Part shown: piece by piece, positions 39,816-50,751 of the stretch | Numbering within the stretch: position 1 is the stretch's first letter | Layout of the letters: the number at the start of each line of letters is the position of its first letter | From: Spirochaetia bacterium | Lineage (GTDB): Bacteria > Spirochaetota > Spirochaetia > SZUA-6 > Bin103 | Length of the DNA: 64,000 bases | Assembly: GCA_965198005.1 (NCBI GenBank) | Contig: CBDAOI010000003.1 | Location: forward strand, 192,001 to 256,000 | Direction: 5' to 3' | Program-made: the position numbers and the translations under genes | The notes under the pieces: generated by a model | The model's input: only the letters and a program-made list of their open reading frames with translations | Databases searched by the model: none | What the model was told of the DNA's origin: nothing

Positions 39816-40167
39816 AGGGAGGTACAGGGGGTAGACGAACGGGAGAGGCCAAAGCGGTACGCCAGGCGGCGGTGCTCGGGCGCCAGTAGGGTGGGCCGGT
39901 GGCAGGGCTGCTTTGCGTAGTCAGGCATTATCCGTATCCGTTCGAGTCCCAACCCCGATAGCATCGCACATCCCCGCCAAAGCGGTCAAGCGCTCAATTG
40001 CACTTTTTTTCCGGCGGCCCTGACGCCTCCGGCAGGCAGCACAAAGCTCGCCGGTCACGCCATTCCGTGCGGAAATCCTCGTCCACGTCCCGCATGGAGA
40101 GAGTGTAGTTCCAGAAGTCGACGAATACCCAAGGATGAGCGGCCCATATGGCAAGCCCGCCTACCCC

Positions 40168-40275
40168 GCCGCCTTGTGCAGGGCGCGGCGGGCGCCTTCG
40201 ATGGCGCGGGCGCTCATGCCGCCGCTGCCGAGGCCGGCGCCGCCGCCCCCCCAGGCGGGGATCGAGCAGGTCGCG
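40168..40275 (-). pseudogene. Isolated 3' end of a dppC-like gene
   Basis: Matches the RDLLDPR...GLGSGGMSARAIEGARRAL end of dppC2 and dppC3. Confidence 0.75.
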
Positions 40276-40294
40276 AGTGTGATAGACTTCCGGT

Positions 40295-40519
40295 GTGCCG
40301 TCATTCGCGCGCGATACACGCCCCGCAGCCGAGCGGTTTCAGACTGATGTGTATCGCAGGATGGAACCGGCGCAGAGATACTCCGTTGGCACGGAGCTCA
40401 GCGACAGCGTCAGAGACATAGCTCTGGCGGGCCTCCGCGAGCGCTTGCGCGGCTGTACGGAGCGCGCACTGCTACGGCGCTACGTGCTTGAGCACTGGGG
40501 CGTGAGCGTCGAGGAATGA
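40295..40519 (+). CDS. Small hypothetical protein, likely partner of the downstream nucleotidyltransferase
   Basis: TAGACT-6 nt-GTG start; its stop overlaps the next ATG (ATGA). Confidence 0.6.
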   Translation: MPSFARDTRPAAERFQTDVYRRMEPAQRYSVGTELSDSVRDIALAGLRERLRGCTERALLRRYVLEHWGVSVEE

Positions 40520-41085
40520 AGAGCCAGGGCGAGTTGCTCGGCGAAATCGCATCGCTCCTGGACGCAGCCCAGGTCCGATACATGGTTACCGGGTCGATCG
40601 CCAGCACGTACCACGGCAGACCGCGCGCTACGCAGGATGTCGACGTGGTCGTGGAGACCAACCGTGATCACCTCCTGGCTTTCGTGCGGGCTTGTGTTGC
40701 GCGTGGATTCTACGTGGACGCTGACGACGCCAAGGACGCCCTGGAGCACCGCTCGATCTTCAACGTAATCGACGTTTCCAGCGGCTACAAGGTCGACATC
40801 ATTGTCCGCAAGGATCGGCCGTTCAGCGTCGAGGAGTTCTCGCGGCGGCGCCGGGTGGAGCTGCCAACGTTTGTCGTCTCCATGGTCACCGCGGAAGACG
40901 CCATCCTCAGCAAGCTTGAATGGAACCAGGCCGGCGGCTCGGATCGCCAGTACCAAGATGCGGTGGGGATCGCCTTATCCCAAGGCGATCTGCTCGACCT
41001 CGCCTATCTCCGGCGGTGGGCGGTCGAGCTCGGAGTGGAGAACGAACTCCGGCGGCTCCTCTCCGAACGAGAACGGGACCGGTAG
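40516..41085 (+). CDS. Pol-beta-like nucleotidyltransferase (AbiEii/DUF6036-like)
   Basis: YMVTGSIA...G.PRATQDVD, KVD, EDAILSKL, D..YLRRWA..LGV. Confidence 0.75.
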   Translation: MKSQGELLGEIASLLDAAQVRYMVTGSIASTYHGRPRATQDVDVVVETNRDHLLAFVRACVARGFYVDADDAKDALEHRSIFNVIDVSSGYKVDIIVRKDRPFSVEEFSRRRRVELPTFVVSMVTAEDAILSKLEWNQAGGSDRQYQDAVGIALSQGDLLDLAYLRRWAVELGVENELRRLLSERERDR

Positions 41086-41291
41086 CGGTATCGATCGGAG
41101 CGGAAACGGGCTGAGCCAGGTCACGGATATGTGCCGTGCGGCATACCCGTCGGGTGGGCAGGCGAGTCCGCCTCGGATCTCCCCAGCCCGGATGGGTCTC
41201 GTTCGGGTAGCGGTCCTCGTCACCGGCTTCGCTTTCGAAGGGCCGGCCCGCCGGCCTTGCAGGCCCGCGCGGGACGGCCTACGCTGCCGCC

Positions 41292-42299
41292 ATGGCCAGC
41301 ACCAAGGCACCGCCCACCAGGCGGCACGAAGTATACGAAGTAGGGCAACCCCGGCACGCCCAATCGCCGGCGTTCCCGGGCTGCAAGCCCGTCCGCCTGC
41401 CGCGCACCGAGATCGACCGCTTCGAGGGGCGCCTCGAGTATTGGGATGCGGCCACCGAGACCGCCTGGATCTGCGAGCCGACCACTCCCTATCACGAGCG
41501 GCCCTCGCGGCTCCTGACGCGCCTGGCCGAGCGGATTGCCGGCGTGCGCGGTTCGCCGATCGAATGCTACGGCTCGATGGACCTGCTGCTGCGCGACGCC
41601 GGCGGCGAGCCGCGGCGCATCATGCAGGCGGACGAGTCGGTGTACCTGCATCCGGCGCAGGCCAAGCCGGGACCGGCGGCCATGGTGGTGGGCGAGGATG
41701 ACTTTCCCGACGTGGTGCTGGAGGTGGATCACACCACCGACGCGCGGCGGAGCAAGCTGGCGCTGTACGAGGACTGGGGCTTTCCGGAAGTGTGGGTGGA
41801 GGTGCCGGACACGCTGTCGCCGAGGCGGGCACGCGGGCGCCGCCCGGGACTGACGATTCATCTGCTGGAGCATGGTCGGTTCCGGGTGGCGGCCGAGAGC
41901 CGGGCGTTTCCCGGCTGGCGGGCGGACGAGATTCACCTGGCGCTGAACGAGCCGGCGCCGTCCGCGCGCACCAGCGCGGTGGTGGAGCGGGTCGGGGCGG
42001 CGCTGGGCGCGCGCGCAGGCACCGGCCCGGACGACGACCCGCTGCTCCGTTCGCAGCGGCGCCAGGGATTCGAGCAGGGTCGTGCGGAAGGCATAGCGGA
42101 AGGTCGGACGGAAGGCCGCGCGCAGATGGTCCGTCAGATATTGCTGTCACGCGGCATTGAAGTGTCGGCGCGGTTGTCCACCGCTACGGAAGCGTTCGCC
42201 GCGGCGTCCGAGGAGGCACTGCTGGCGGCGGCGCTTGGCTGCGCGGATGAGGCGGAGTTCCTTGCCGCGCTCCGGCGATTGCGCGACCAGGGCGGCTGA
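41292..42299 (+). CDS. Uma2 family endonuclease, copy 5
   Basis: Near-identical to copy 1, with a divergent patch RLLTRLAERIAGV. Confidence 0.85.
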   Translation: MASTKAPPTRRHEVYEVGQPRHAQSPAFPGCKPVRLPRTEIDRFEGRLEYWDAATETAWICEPTTPYHERPSRLLTRLAERIAGVRGSPIECYGSMDLLLRDAGGEPRRIMQADESVYLHPAQAKPGPAAMVVGEDDFPDVVLEVDHTTDARRSKLALYEDWGFPEVWVEVPDTLSPRRARGRRPGLTIHLLEHGRFRVAAESRAFPGWRADEIHLALNEPAPSARTSAVVERVGAALGARAGTGPDDDPLLRSQRRQGFEQGRAEGIAEGRTEGRAQMVRQILLSRGIEVSARLSTATEAFAAASEEALLAAALGCADEAEFLAALRRLRDQGG

Positions 42300-42395
42300 C
42301 CTCGGCCGCGCCGGCGGCTTGAGCTGCCTGCTTGCGCTGCGCGGCGCCCGAGACGCACTATGGGGGCCACGCCACACACCCGGAGGCAGCGACAG

Positions 42396-44352
<1,957 letters not shown>

Positions 44353-44364
44353 CCGCCGCTGCCC

Positions 44365-44625
44365 ATGCCGGTCGTCGCGCTGTTCCACGGCATCCGCATT
44401 CTCGTGTACTGGAACGACCACGACCCGCCGCACTTTCACGCCCAGTACGCGGAGCACGAGGCCAAGGTGGACACGCGCCGCGGCATCGTGACCGCCGGCT
44501 ACCTGCCGCGGCGGCAGCTCCGGCTGGTGCTCGCCTGGGCCGAGCTGCACGGCGACGAGCTGATGCAGAACTGGGAGCTGGCGCGCGCCGGGCAGCCGTT
44601 GCGCTCGATTCAGGGGCTGGCGTGA
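44365..44625 (+). CDS. DUF4160 protein (putative toxin)
   Basis: MP....F.GI.I....DHDPPHFHA.Y, L..W...H..EL..NW. Confidence 0.88.
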   Translation: MPVVALFHGIRILVYWNDHDPPHFHAQYAEHEAKVDTRRGIVTAGYLPRRQLRLVLAWAELHGDELMQNWELARAGQPLRSIQGLA

Positions 44626-44948
44626 TCGACCACCCCAACTACATGCCTGAGGTGCTGCAGGTGATCGCGGCGCCCGGCGAAGGCTATCTCATCCTGCTCT
44701 ACTTCGACGACGGCTCCATTCACCGGTTCGACGTGGCGCCGCTGCTCGACCAGCCGGTGTTTCGTCCGCTGCGCGACCGCGCCCGGTTCCGGCGTGCGCT
44801 CACCGTAATGAACGGCACCGCCGCCTGGGACCTCGCCGGCACCCGCGACGAGACCCGCTGCATCGACCTCGACCCCCTGGTCCTCTACCGCACCACCCCC
44901 GAGATCGACGAACCCGCCTGGGTAGTACGCGGCACCGGCGGCGGGTAG
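44622..44948 (+). CDS. DUF2442 protein (putative antitoxin)
   Basis: GY...LYFDDG....FD..PLL...VF.PL.D...F, W, DLDP..LY; overlaps the DUF4160 stop. Confidence 0.82.
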   Translation: MIDHPNYMPEVLQVIAAPGEGYLILLYFDDGSIHRFDVAPLLDQPVFRPLRDRARFRRALTVMNGTAAWDLAGTRDETRCIDLDPLVLYRTTPEIDEPAWVVRGTGGG

Positions 44949-45042
44949 GAAACCATGATCGCCGCCCGTGGCGCCGTGGCGAGAACGACACCGACCTTGG
45001 TCCAGCTCTCGACCGCCCGCCGCGCCCGCGGGAGTCCGTAGA

Positions 45043-46131
45043 TCACTTGCCGCCAGATGCGGCAAGCAGACCCAGCCGGTAGTAGGAATCGACCGTGGCA
45101 CGGATGGTGGCGTCGACGTCGTAGGGCGCCAGGCCGAGCTCCTGCATCGCCAGCAGGCAGTAGGAGCGCGGCTTGTCGTAGGTCGCCTGTGCCGGCCGAT
45201 CGCCCTGCATCTCCTCGCCGCCTACCTCCTCCACTCCGGGATAGAGCTCCCGCAGGCGCCGCTGCAACTGCCAGGTGAACAGCTCGCCGGTGCGGTCGCG
45301 TGCCGAGAGGATGTAGCGCGAGCCGTTCGCGGCCGTGCCGCGCTCGGCCGCGAGGCGGTGGGCTGTCCCCACGTCGCGCACATCGACGATGTTCCACAAC
45401 ATGCGGCCCCCCGCGCTCTTCTGGTACTGCTTCCCCGCCAGCATGAAACCGATCCACTGCTGCCAGCTATTCGGTTGGTCGTGGTTGGGACACATCAGTG
45501 GGCCGATGACGTGCACCGGCAGGATCGCCATCGCCTCGAAGCTGCCCTCCTCGGCGGCGGCCTGGTAAATCATGCGCTCGGTGTTGGCCTTCGCCATGGC
45601 GTAGGCCAGATCGCGGTTCTCGGGAATGCGATCCTCGGTCCATCTGCCCTCATATGCCTCGAGGTTGTCGCCACACCAGTCCTTCTCGGTGAAGACGTAG
45701 CCTTCCGGTCGCGGATGGCTGACCGCGGCAAACGAGCTGGTGAACACGAAGCGCTTCAGGTTGCCCGACTTCCGCGCCGAGGCCAGGACGTGGTCGTTCT
45801 CGGTAAAGCAGCCGTCGTACACCTGTTGCGGTTGCTCGCGGTTGTAGCCGACGGTGGCGCCGACGTGCAGCACCGCGCTGCAGCCGGCAAACGCCGCGTC
45901 GTAGCTGCCGCGGTCGAACAGGTCGCCGCGAAACAGCTCGACCCGACCGCGCAGGTCGGGGTCATCGTTGAGGGTGGTCAGGTGGTCGACCTTCGCCGGG
46001 TTGGCCAGATCGCGCACGCAGGCATGGACGAGATAGCCCTGCCGCATCAAGTCGTAGACGGTCCAGGATCCGATGTAGCCGCTGGCGCCGGTAACGGCCA
46101 CCGGGCCGTCGGCAGGTGAGATGGCACTCAT
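45043..46131 (-). CDS. NAD-dependent epimerase/dehydratase (dihydroflavonol-reductase-like)
   Basis: VTGASGYIG, FTSSFAA, YAMAK, VDVRDV. Confidence 0.9.
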   Translation of the reverse strand: MSAISPADGPVAVTGASGYIGSWTVYDLMRQGYLVHACVRDLANPAKVDHLTTLNDDPDLRGRVELFRGDLFDRGSYDAAFAGCSAVLHVGATVGYNREQPQQVYDGCFTENDHVLASARKSGNLKRFVFTSSFAAVSHPRPEGYVFTEKDWCGDNLEAYEGRWTEDRIPENRDLAYAMAKANTERMIYQAAAEEGSFEAMAILPVHVIGPLMCPNHDQPNSWQQWIGFMLAGKQYQKSAGGRMLWNIVDVRDVGTAHRLAAERGTAANGSRYILSARDRTGELFTWQLQRRLRELYPGVEEVGGEEMQGDRPAQATYDKPRSYCLLAMQELGLAPYDVDATIRATVDSYYRLGLLAASGGK

Positions 46132-46309
46132 GCTCGTGGCGTGTCCTTCATTCGTTCAGTTGTACCACGGTGGGCGTGGGTCGGTCGAGTGGAACTTCCC
46201 CACATGGTCCTGCATGAAAGCGTCGGCGGGACACGATGCGGCTCTCAGGTTCATCATCAAGCCGGCCCGTCGATCGCTTCGAGGTACAGGTCCACTGCCT
46301 TGGCGGGAA

Positions 46310-46565
46310 CGGGCGCTACGAGATCGCGGTGGAGGATTCGACCAGCCACGGGCGGCTGGACATGGCGGTGCGGACGGGCGGGCACGTGTACCTGTTCGAG
46401 TTCAAGGTGGTGGAGATGGCGCCGCCGGGATCGGCGCTGGCGCAGCTGCGAGAGCGCGACTACGCGGCCAAGTACCGGGATCGGAGCGAACCGATCCATC
46501 TGATAGGCGTGGAGTTCAGCCGCGAGACGCGCAACCTGACGACGTTCAAGGTGGCGGACGGCTGA
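46310..46565 (+). pseudogene. C-terminal PD-(D/E)XK nuclease fragment (PDDEXK_9-like)
   Basis: GRLDM...VYLFEFK...ALAQL....YA.KY...LIGVEFS. Confidence 0.75.
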
Positions 46566-46974
46566 CGTCGGGATCGGTCACTCGGGCGGCCCTTTCGGGA
46601 CTCGCCAAAGCCTCTATCAAGCCGTAGGAATTTTCCGCGTCGGCGCGTAGCCGGCGTACGTCTATGAACGTGTAATCGAACCTGTTCCACCCCTTGGTAG
46701 CCGAGCGCGGCACCCAGGTGGGGAGACCGTTGTACAGCAACATCGGCATGATGAACGGAGGCGTCTCCTCCACGCTTCGACCGCGACACAGGCTTTCGGA
46801 CAGCATGGATGCGTAACGGCGAAGTCGTTGCGCCACTCTCGGGTACGGATGCGACAGCATCTCGATCATCAGCACCGGCGTCCCCGAGCGTCGCCGCCTA
46901 CCCGGCAGGTAGTCCACGCTCCACACCGAATCGCACAGTATGCGTAGCTGACTGCCGTCTTCTGAGGCGGCCAC
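46546..46974 (-). pseudogene. Rpn/YhgA (Transposase_31)-like nuclease remnant
   Basis: DSVWSV...LMIEMLS.P...A.R..RY...P.IMP.LLYNG..W...DY..ID. Confidence 0.6.
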
Positions 46975-47264
46975 GTCTCGGCCGCCTCAGGTTCGATTCC
47001 AATCGAGTCAGCGGCACGGCAGTCGCCACAGATTCCCTGACGCAAGTCATCGCCGCGATCCCAGCAGTAGTAACAGATTCCCAGGCGCTGCCCGACGCCC
47101 GCGAGTGCCTCCCCGGGATTGCCGTCGTGGTGCCGCGACAGCGCCAGGGCCGACTGAACGAAGCTCAGCGTTCGTTCCTCGCCGATATGCGTGAAGAACG
47201 ATTGCGCCTCGAGCCGGCTCAGGACGTCGTTCATCAAGAAGCTGTTGAAGTGGTCGGACATCAC
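46869..47264 (-). CDS. Hypothetical protein with CxxC...CxxC
   Basis: GAGG before GTG/ATG; CYYC and CGDC; the 3' end runs into the Rpn remnant. Confidence 0.45.
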   Translation of the reverse strand: MMSDHFNSFLMNDVLSRLEAQSFFTHIGEERTLSFVQSALALSRHHDGNPGEALAGVGQRLGICYYCWDRGDDLRQGICGDCRAADSIGIEPEAAETWPPQKTAVSYAYCAIRCGAWTTCRVGGDARGRRC

Positions 47265-47515
47265 CGAGCGTCCTCATCGCCCGGGAGATGATTGCCGCCG
47301 TACCCTTCCCATGTCAACGACGAGATCGAGGCGGGCCGTCGTTCGATTACGAAGCTGGGGACGTGCCGCCTCGACGAAGACCGACATACCGGGATCGCCA
47401 GTACCGGCGGATCATGGAGTGGGGATCGGCCGCGGGCCGGCAGGCGATGTTCGGCGGCGTGCTTGGGTTTGAGCCGCGGGCGGCTGCGGATGACCGAAGA
47501 CGCAACCGCCGCGAC

Positions 47516-47753
47516 CGGCTCCATTCACCGGTTCGACGTGGCGCCGCTGCTCGACCAGCCGGTGTTTCGTCCGCTGCGCGACCGCGCCCGGTTCCGGCGT
47601 GCGCTCACCGTAATGAACGGCACCGCCGCCTGGGACCTCGCCGGCACCCGCGACGAGACCCGCTGCATCGGCCTCGACCCCCTGGTCCTCTACCGCACCA
47701 CCCCCGAAATCGGCGAACCCGCCTGGGTAGCCCGCGGCGCCGGCGGCGGGTGA
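47516..47753 (+). repeat. Direct-repeat copy of the 3' part of the DUF2442 gene (44711-44948)
   Basis: Near-identical nucleotide sequence; 5'-truncated. Confidence 0.9.
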
Positions 47754-47887
47754 GCTACCAGCGTCGCGCAGGGCAAGATCAGCCGGTGGACACCAGTTCA
47801 GCAGTTCTGCCGGGGGTCTGCCCGCCTCCTGTTTGATCTCCACGGAGGCGCGGTCGTTGACCGCCACCTCGCAGGGGGCCGGAGCCA

Positions 47888-48595
47888 TCAAGCTGACCGG
47901 TCGATCGCTTCGAGGTACAGGTCCACTGCCTTGGCGGGGAAAGGCGCCGTCTCGGAGCGCACGATGCGGCCCTCCTCGATGATCAGCAGCCGGTCCGCCA
48001 TGCCGTCGAACACCTCGGCCAAGTGACTACTTACGAATACCGTCTTGCCGCGGTCGCGCAGCTCCAGCAGCAGGCGGCGCAGCACGATGTTGGCCATCAC
48101 GTCGAGACCATTGAACGGCTCGTCCAGCACCAGCACCGCCGGATCGCCGATCAGCGCGCCCAGGAGCTGCACCTTCTTGCGCATGCCGGTGGAGTAGTCG
48201 GCGAACGGCCGCTCCAGCGGCTCCTCCATGTCCAGCCGCCGGGCGATGTCGTCCAGGGCGCGCCAAGCGCCGCGGTCGCCGATCTTGAGCAGGCTCAGGT
48301 ATTCGAGATTCTCGCGCCCGGTGAGCTTGGCGAAAAAGTAGTGCTCGTTCGGCAGAAACCCCAGGCGGCGCTTCAACTCCAGCACGTGCGGGTACTGCCA
48401 CAGGTCCTTGCCGTCGATCAGCACGCGACCGCGGTCGGGCATCAGCAGGCCGACCAGCAGCCGCATGGTGGTGGTCTTGCCGGAGCCGTTGCGGCCCAGG
48501 AAGCCGGTCAGCCCGGCGCCGAGCCCGAAGTCGAGATCGGTCACGCCGCGGTCGCTGCCGGCGTAGATCTTGGTGACCTGGTCAAACCGGATCAT
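47888..48595 (-). CDS. ABC-2-type exporter ATP-binding protein
   Basis: GRNGSGKTT, YSTGM, VLDEPFNGLD, SSH. Confidence 0.92.
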   Translation of the reverse strand: MIRFDQVTKIYAGSDRGVTDLDFGLGAGLTGFLGRNGSGKTTTMRLLVGLLMPDRGRVLIDGKDLWQYPHVLELKRRLGFLPNEHYFFAKLTGRENLEYLSLLKIGDRGAWRALDDIARRLDMEEPLERPFADYSTGMRKKVQLLGALIGDPAVLVLDEPFNGLDVMANIVLRRLLLELRDRGKTVFVSSHLAEVFDGMADRLLIIEEGRIVRSETAPFPAKAVDLYLEAIDRSA

Positions 48596-49931
48596 CGCGC
48601 TCCGACCACTCGTCCGCCGCGGTCGAAAGATAGCGCGCGGATGCCAGGCGGTACAGGAACCACAGCACCGCCGCGCACAGGCCCACGAACAGCAGCGGCT
48701 CGACCACCGCGGCACCCAGGCCGCCCACCGCCAGCAACGCATAGAACAGCGTGGGCAGCAGGATGCGATGCAGGTGGCGTACCGCCACGAGCCAGGCCAG
48801 CAGCGGCAGCACGATCATCTGCAGCAGCAGCAGGCCGAGCGTCGCGAGCGCGCCGCCGGCCGCCAGCTCCAGAGCCAGCGCCACCAGCGTGATGGGGGCC
48901 AGCACCGCCAAGTGCGGCGTCACCAGGTACCGCGTCAGGCGCGCGAAGGAGACCGGCGTGAGCTTGTAAAAGGTGATGGGGAGGGCGCGCAGGCCGGTCA
49001 GATACACCCCGGAGGCGGCGGCGGTCGCCAGGTACGCGAGCATGAGCGTCGCGGGCACTCCGGAAGCCGGCATGCCGTATGCCGAGAGATCGGCCGCGGC
49101 CGCGAACGCGAACCCGTACGCCGCCGCGCAGCTGATCAGCCCGCCGGGGGTGAGCAGGAACTCGCGGGCATAGACCGCGACTGCGATCGGCAGGCGGCGG
49201 GTGACCAGGGCCGCCAGCGCCTTGCGCTGCGAGCGGGCCAAGCGCTGCACCACCGCGTGATACAGGGTCACCGGATTCCAGCCGCGCGCGCCGATGCTCC
49301 AGAACGCCGCCAGCGCCGCCAGGTTCACCGGCAGGACCACCAGATTGGCCGAGTCCCACCGCAGGCAGACCGCCACCTGCGCGCCCAGGAAGGCCAGCAC
49401 CGCGCCCGCCCAGGCCAGCCGCGCGCGCGGCCGGAGGCCCGACAGAACCGGCGAGACGGACAGGTGCGAGACGACCACCGCGAGCATCGAGGCGTCGGCG
49501 CCGAGGTAGCGTACGGCCTCCAGCGGCACGGGGAACGCGTGCAGCACCGCCGGCACGGCAGCCGCCAGGAACAGCACGGCGTAACCCACCGGCACGCCGC
49601 TGTTCGCCAGCCCCTGCAGCCGCAGGCTGGTGGCAAGATCCGCCGGCATGGTGGCGTGAAACATGACCGCCGACCGGGGGCACCGCGTGCGCAGCACGAA
49701 CCCCACCGCAAACCAGCCCAGCATGCTCCAGCGCAGTTCCGGCAGCGGCAGTGCGACCTGTCCGCCGTACACCGCCAGGAAGTACGCCGCGTAGGCCAGC
49801 CACAGCAGCAACGCGAGCGGCACCAGCGTCACCAGCATGCGCGGCCTGATGGAGCGCCGCAGATCGCGCAGCTCCGGGCGCAGATGGTAGCGCCAGAACA
49901 GCGGCAGGCAGGGCAGCCGCACAGTCGTCAT
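48582..49931 (-). CDS. Polytopic membrane protein, probable ABC exporter permease
   Basis: Many hydrophobic segments; overlaps the ATPase start. Confidence 0.7.
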   Translation of the reverse strand: MTTVRLPCLPLFWRYHLRPELRDLRRSIRPRMLVTLVPLALLLWLAYAAYFLAVYGGQVALPLPELRWSMLGWFAVGFVLRTRCPRSAVMFHATMPADLATSLRLQGLANSGVPVGYAVLFLAAAVPAVLHAFPVPLEAVRYLGADASMLAVVVSHLSVSPVLSGLRPRARLAWAGAVLAFLGAQVAVCLRWDSANLVVLPVNLAALAAFWSIGARGWNPVTLYHAVVQRLARSQRKALAALVTRRLPIAVAVYAREFLLTPGGLISCAAAYGFAFAAAADLSAYGMPASGVPATLMLAYLATAAASGVYLTGLRALPITFYKLTPVSFARLTRYLVTPHLAVLAPITLVALALELAAGGALATLGLLLLQMIVLPLLAWLVAVRHLHRILLPTLFYALLAVGGLGAAVVEPLLFVGLCAAVLWFLYRLASARYLSTAADEWSERDDPV

Positions 49932-49992
49932 CCGCTTCACCGGCCTCGGTGCGGCGGCCGCAGCAAGCCGCTCGGGCTCGTCACTGAACCGT

Positions 49993-50156
49993 TCAGATGG
50001 TCGCCACCAGTGCGGCCTTCCTGATCCGTCCGTCGTCCGTCAGCAGGGCGCCCGTGCACCTGAGTGCTGGCGACGATGACCCGATCCGCAGGATCGCCGC
50101 CACCGCATGGCGTTGGGCCAGCGCACGAGAATGTGGGTATCGAGCAGGACCTTCAA
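49993..50156 (-). pseudogene. PIN/VapC toxin remnant with a large internal deletion
   Basis: KVLLDTHIL at the start; DPADRVIVA and LLTDDGRI pieces in different frames. Confidence 0.7.
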
Positions 50157-50395
50157 GGCCGGTCCGACTCCGCTTCCCACGTAGCAGCGGGCAGCACGGG
50201 TGAGACGATGTCGCCGAGCACCTCGACGCTGCACCGCAACTCGTCCTGCGGGTACCCTGCTCCGGCAATAGGGGTGGAGTGAACTGAGCCACCGGCCGGC
50301 CACGCTTCAGGATCGTGATCGATTCGCGGGTAGCGTGCACCTGGTCGAGCAGCCAGACACTTGGCTTTGAACTCCGAAGCGTTGATGCTCTCCAT
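50153..50395 (-). pseudogene. Phd/YefM antitoxin, frameshifted
   Basis: MESINASEFKAKCL; then V.ATRESITILKRGRPVA; then V.VLGDIVSP. Confidence 0.75.
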
Positions 50396-50401
50396 GTGAC
50401 C

Positions 50402-50420
50402 AGAATACATGACCGGTCAT
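50402..50420 (-). promoter_or_regulatory. Leaderless -10 element and palindromic operator of the Phd-PIN pair
   Basis: TATTCT-6 nt-ATG; perfect palindrome ATGACCGGTCAT at 50409-50420. Confidence 0.6.
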
Positions 50421-50509
50421 ATGAGCGTGAAGTACCCCGTCGCCGCTCGGCGAGATTGACGATCTCCCCGGGGGCGCATAACGTCGGAACAAGCTGCCGG
50501 CGAGCGGCG

Positions 50510-50662
50510 ACGTGATCCTGCGCCGGGTATTCATCGACGCCGAACGTTCCGCTTCGGGGAGGTCTGGGCGGCGGCGGGGAGTCCGTTCAACGTGTTCGCG
50601 ATCGCGCCGGCCCGCCTGCGCGATGTCAGCGGAGCCAGGGTGAGGAATCTCAAAGCCGAATC
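50510..50662 (+). pseudogene. YbaK/EbsC-family C-terminal fragment
   Basis: RVFID...RFGEVWAAAGSPFNVFAIAPARLRDVSGARV. Confidence 0.55.
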
Positions 50663-50751
50663 GGCCGAATCGGGCGCCTCTTGACCGCCTTGACGGCTTG
50701 ACCGCCAACGTCGATTGACCACCGGCCTACTCCAATGCAAGAGTTCAACGA

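Noticed and set aside
19800-42299. Classical integron, shufflon or diversity-generating retroelement
   Set aside because: No tyrosine/serine recombinase or reverse transcriptase, no attC-like sites, and the variation is not adenine-specific.
47888-48595. This ATPase as the missing DppD/F of the cassettes
   Set aside because: It is a short exporter-type ATPase without the C-terminal oligopeptide-transporter extension, and is coupled to its own permease.
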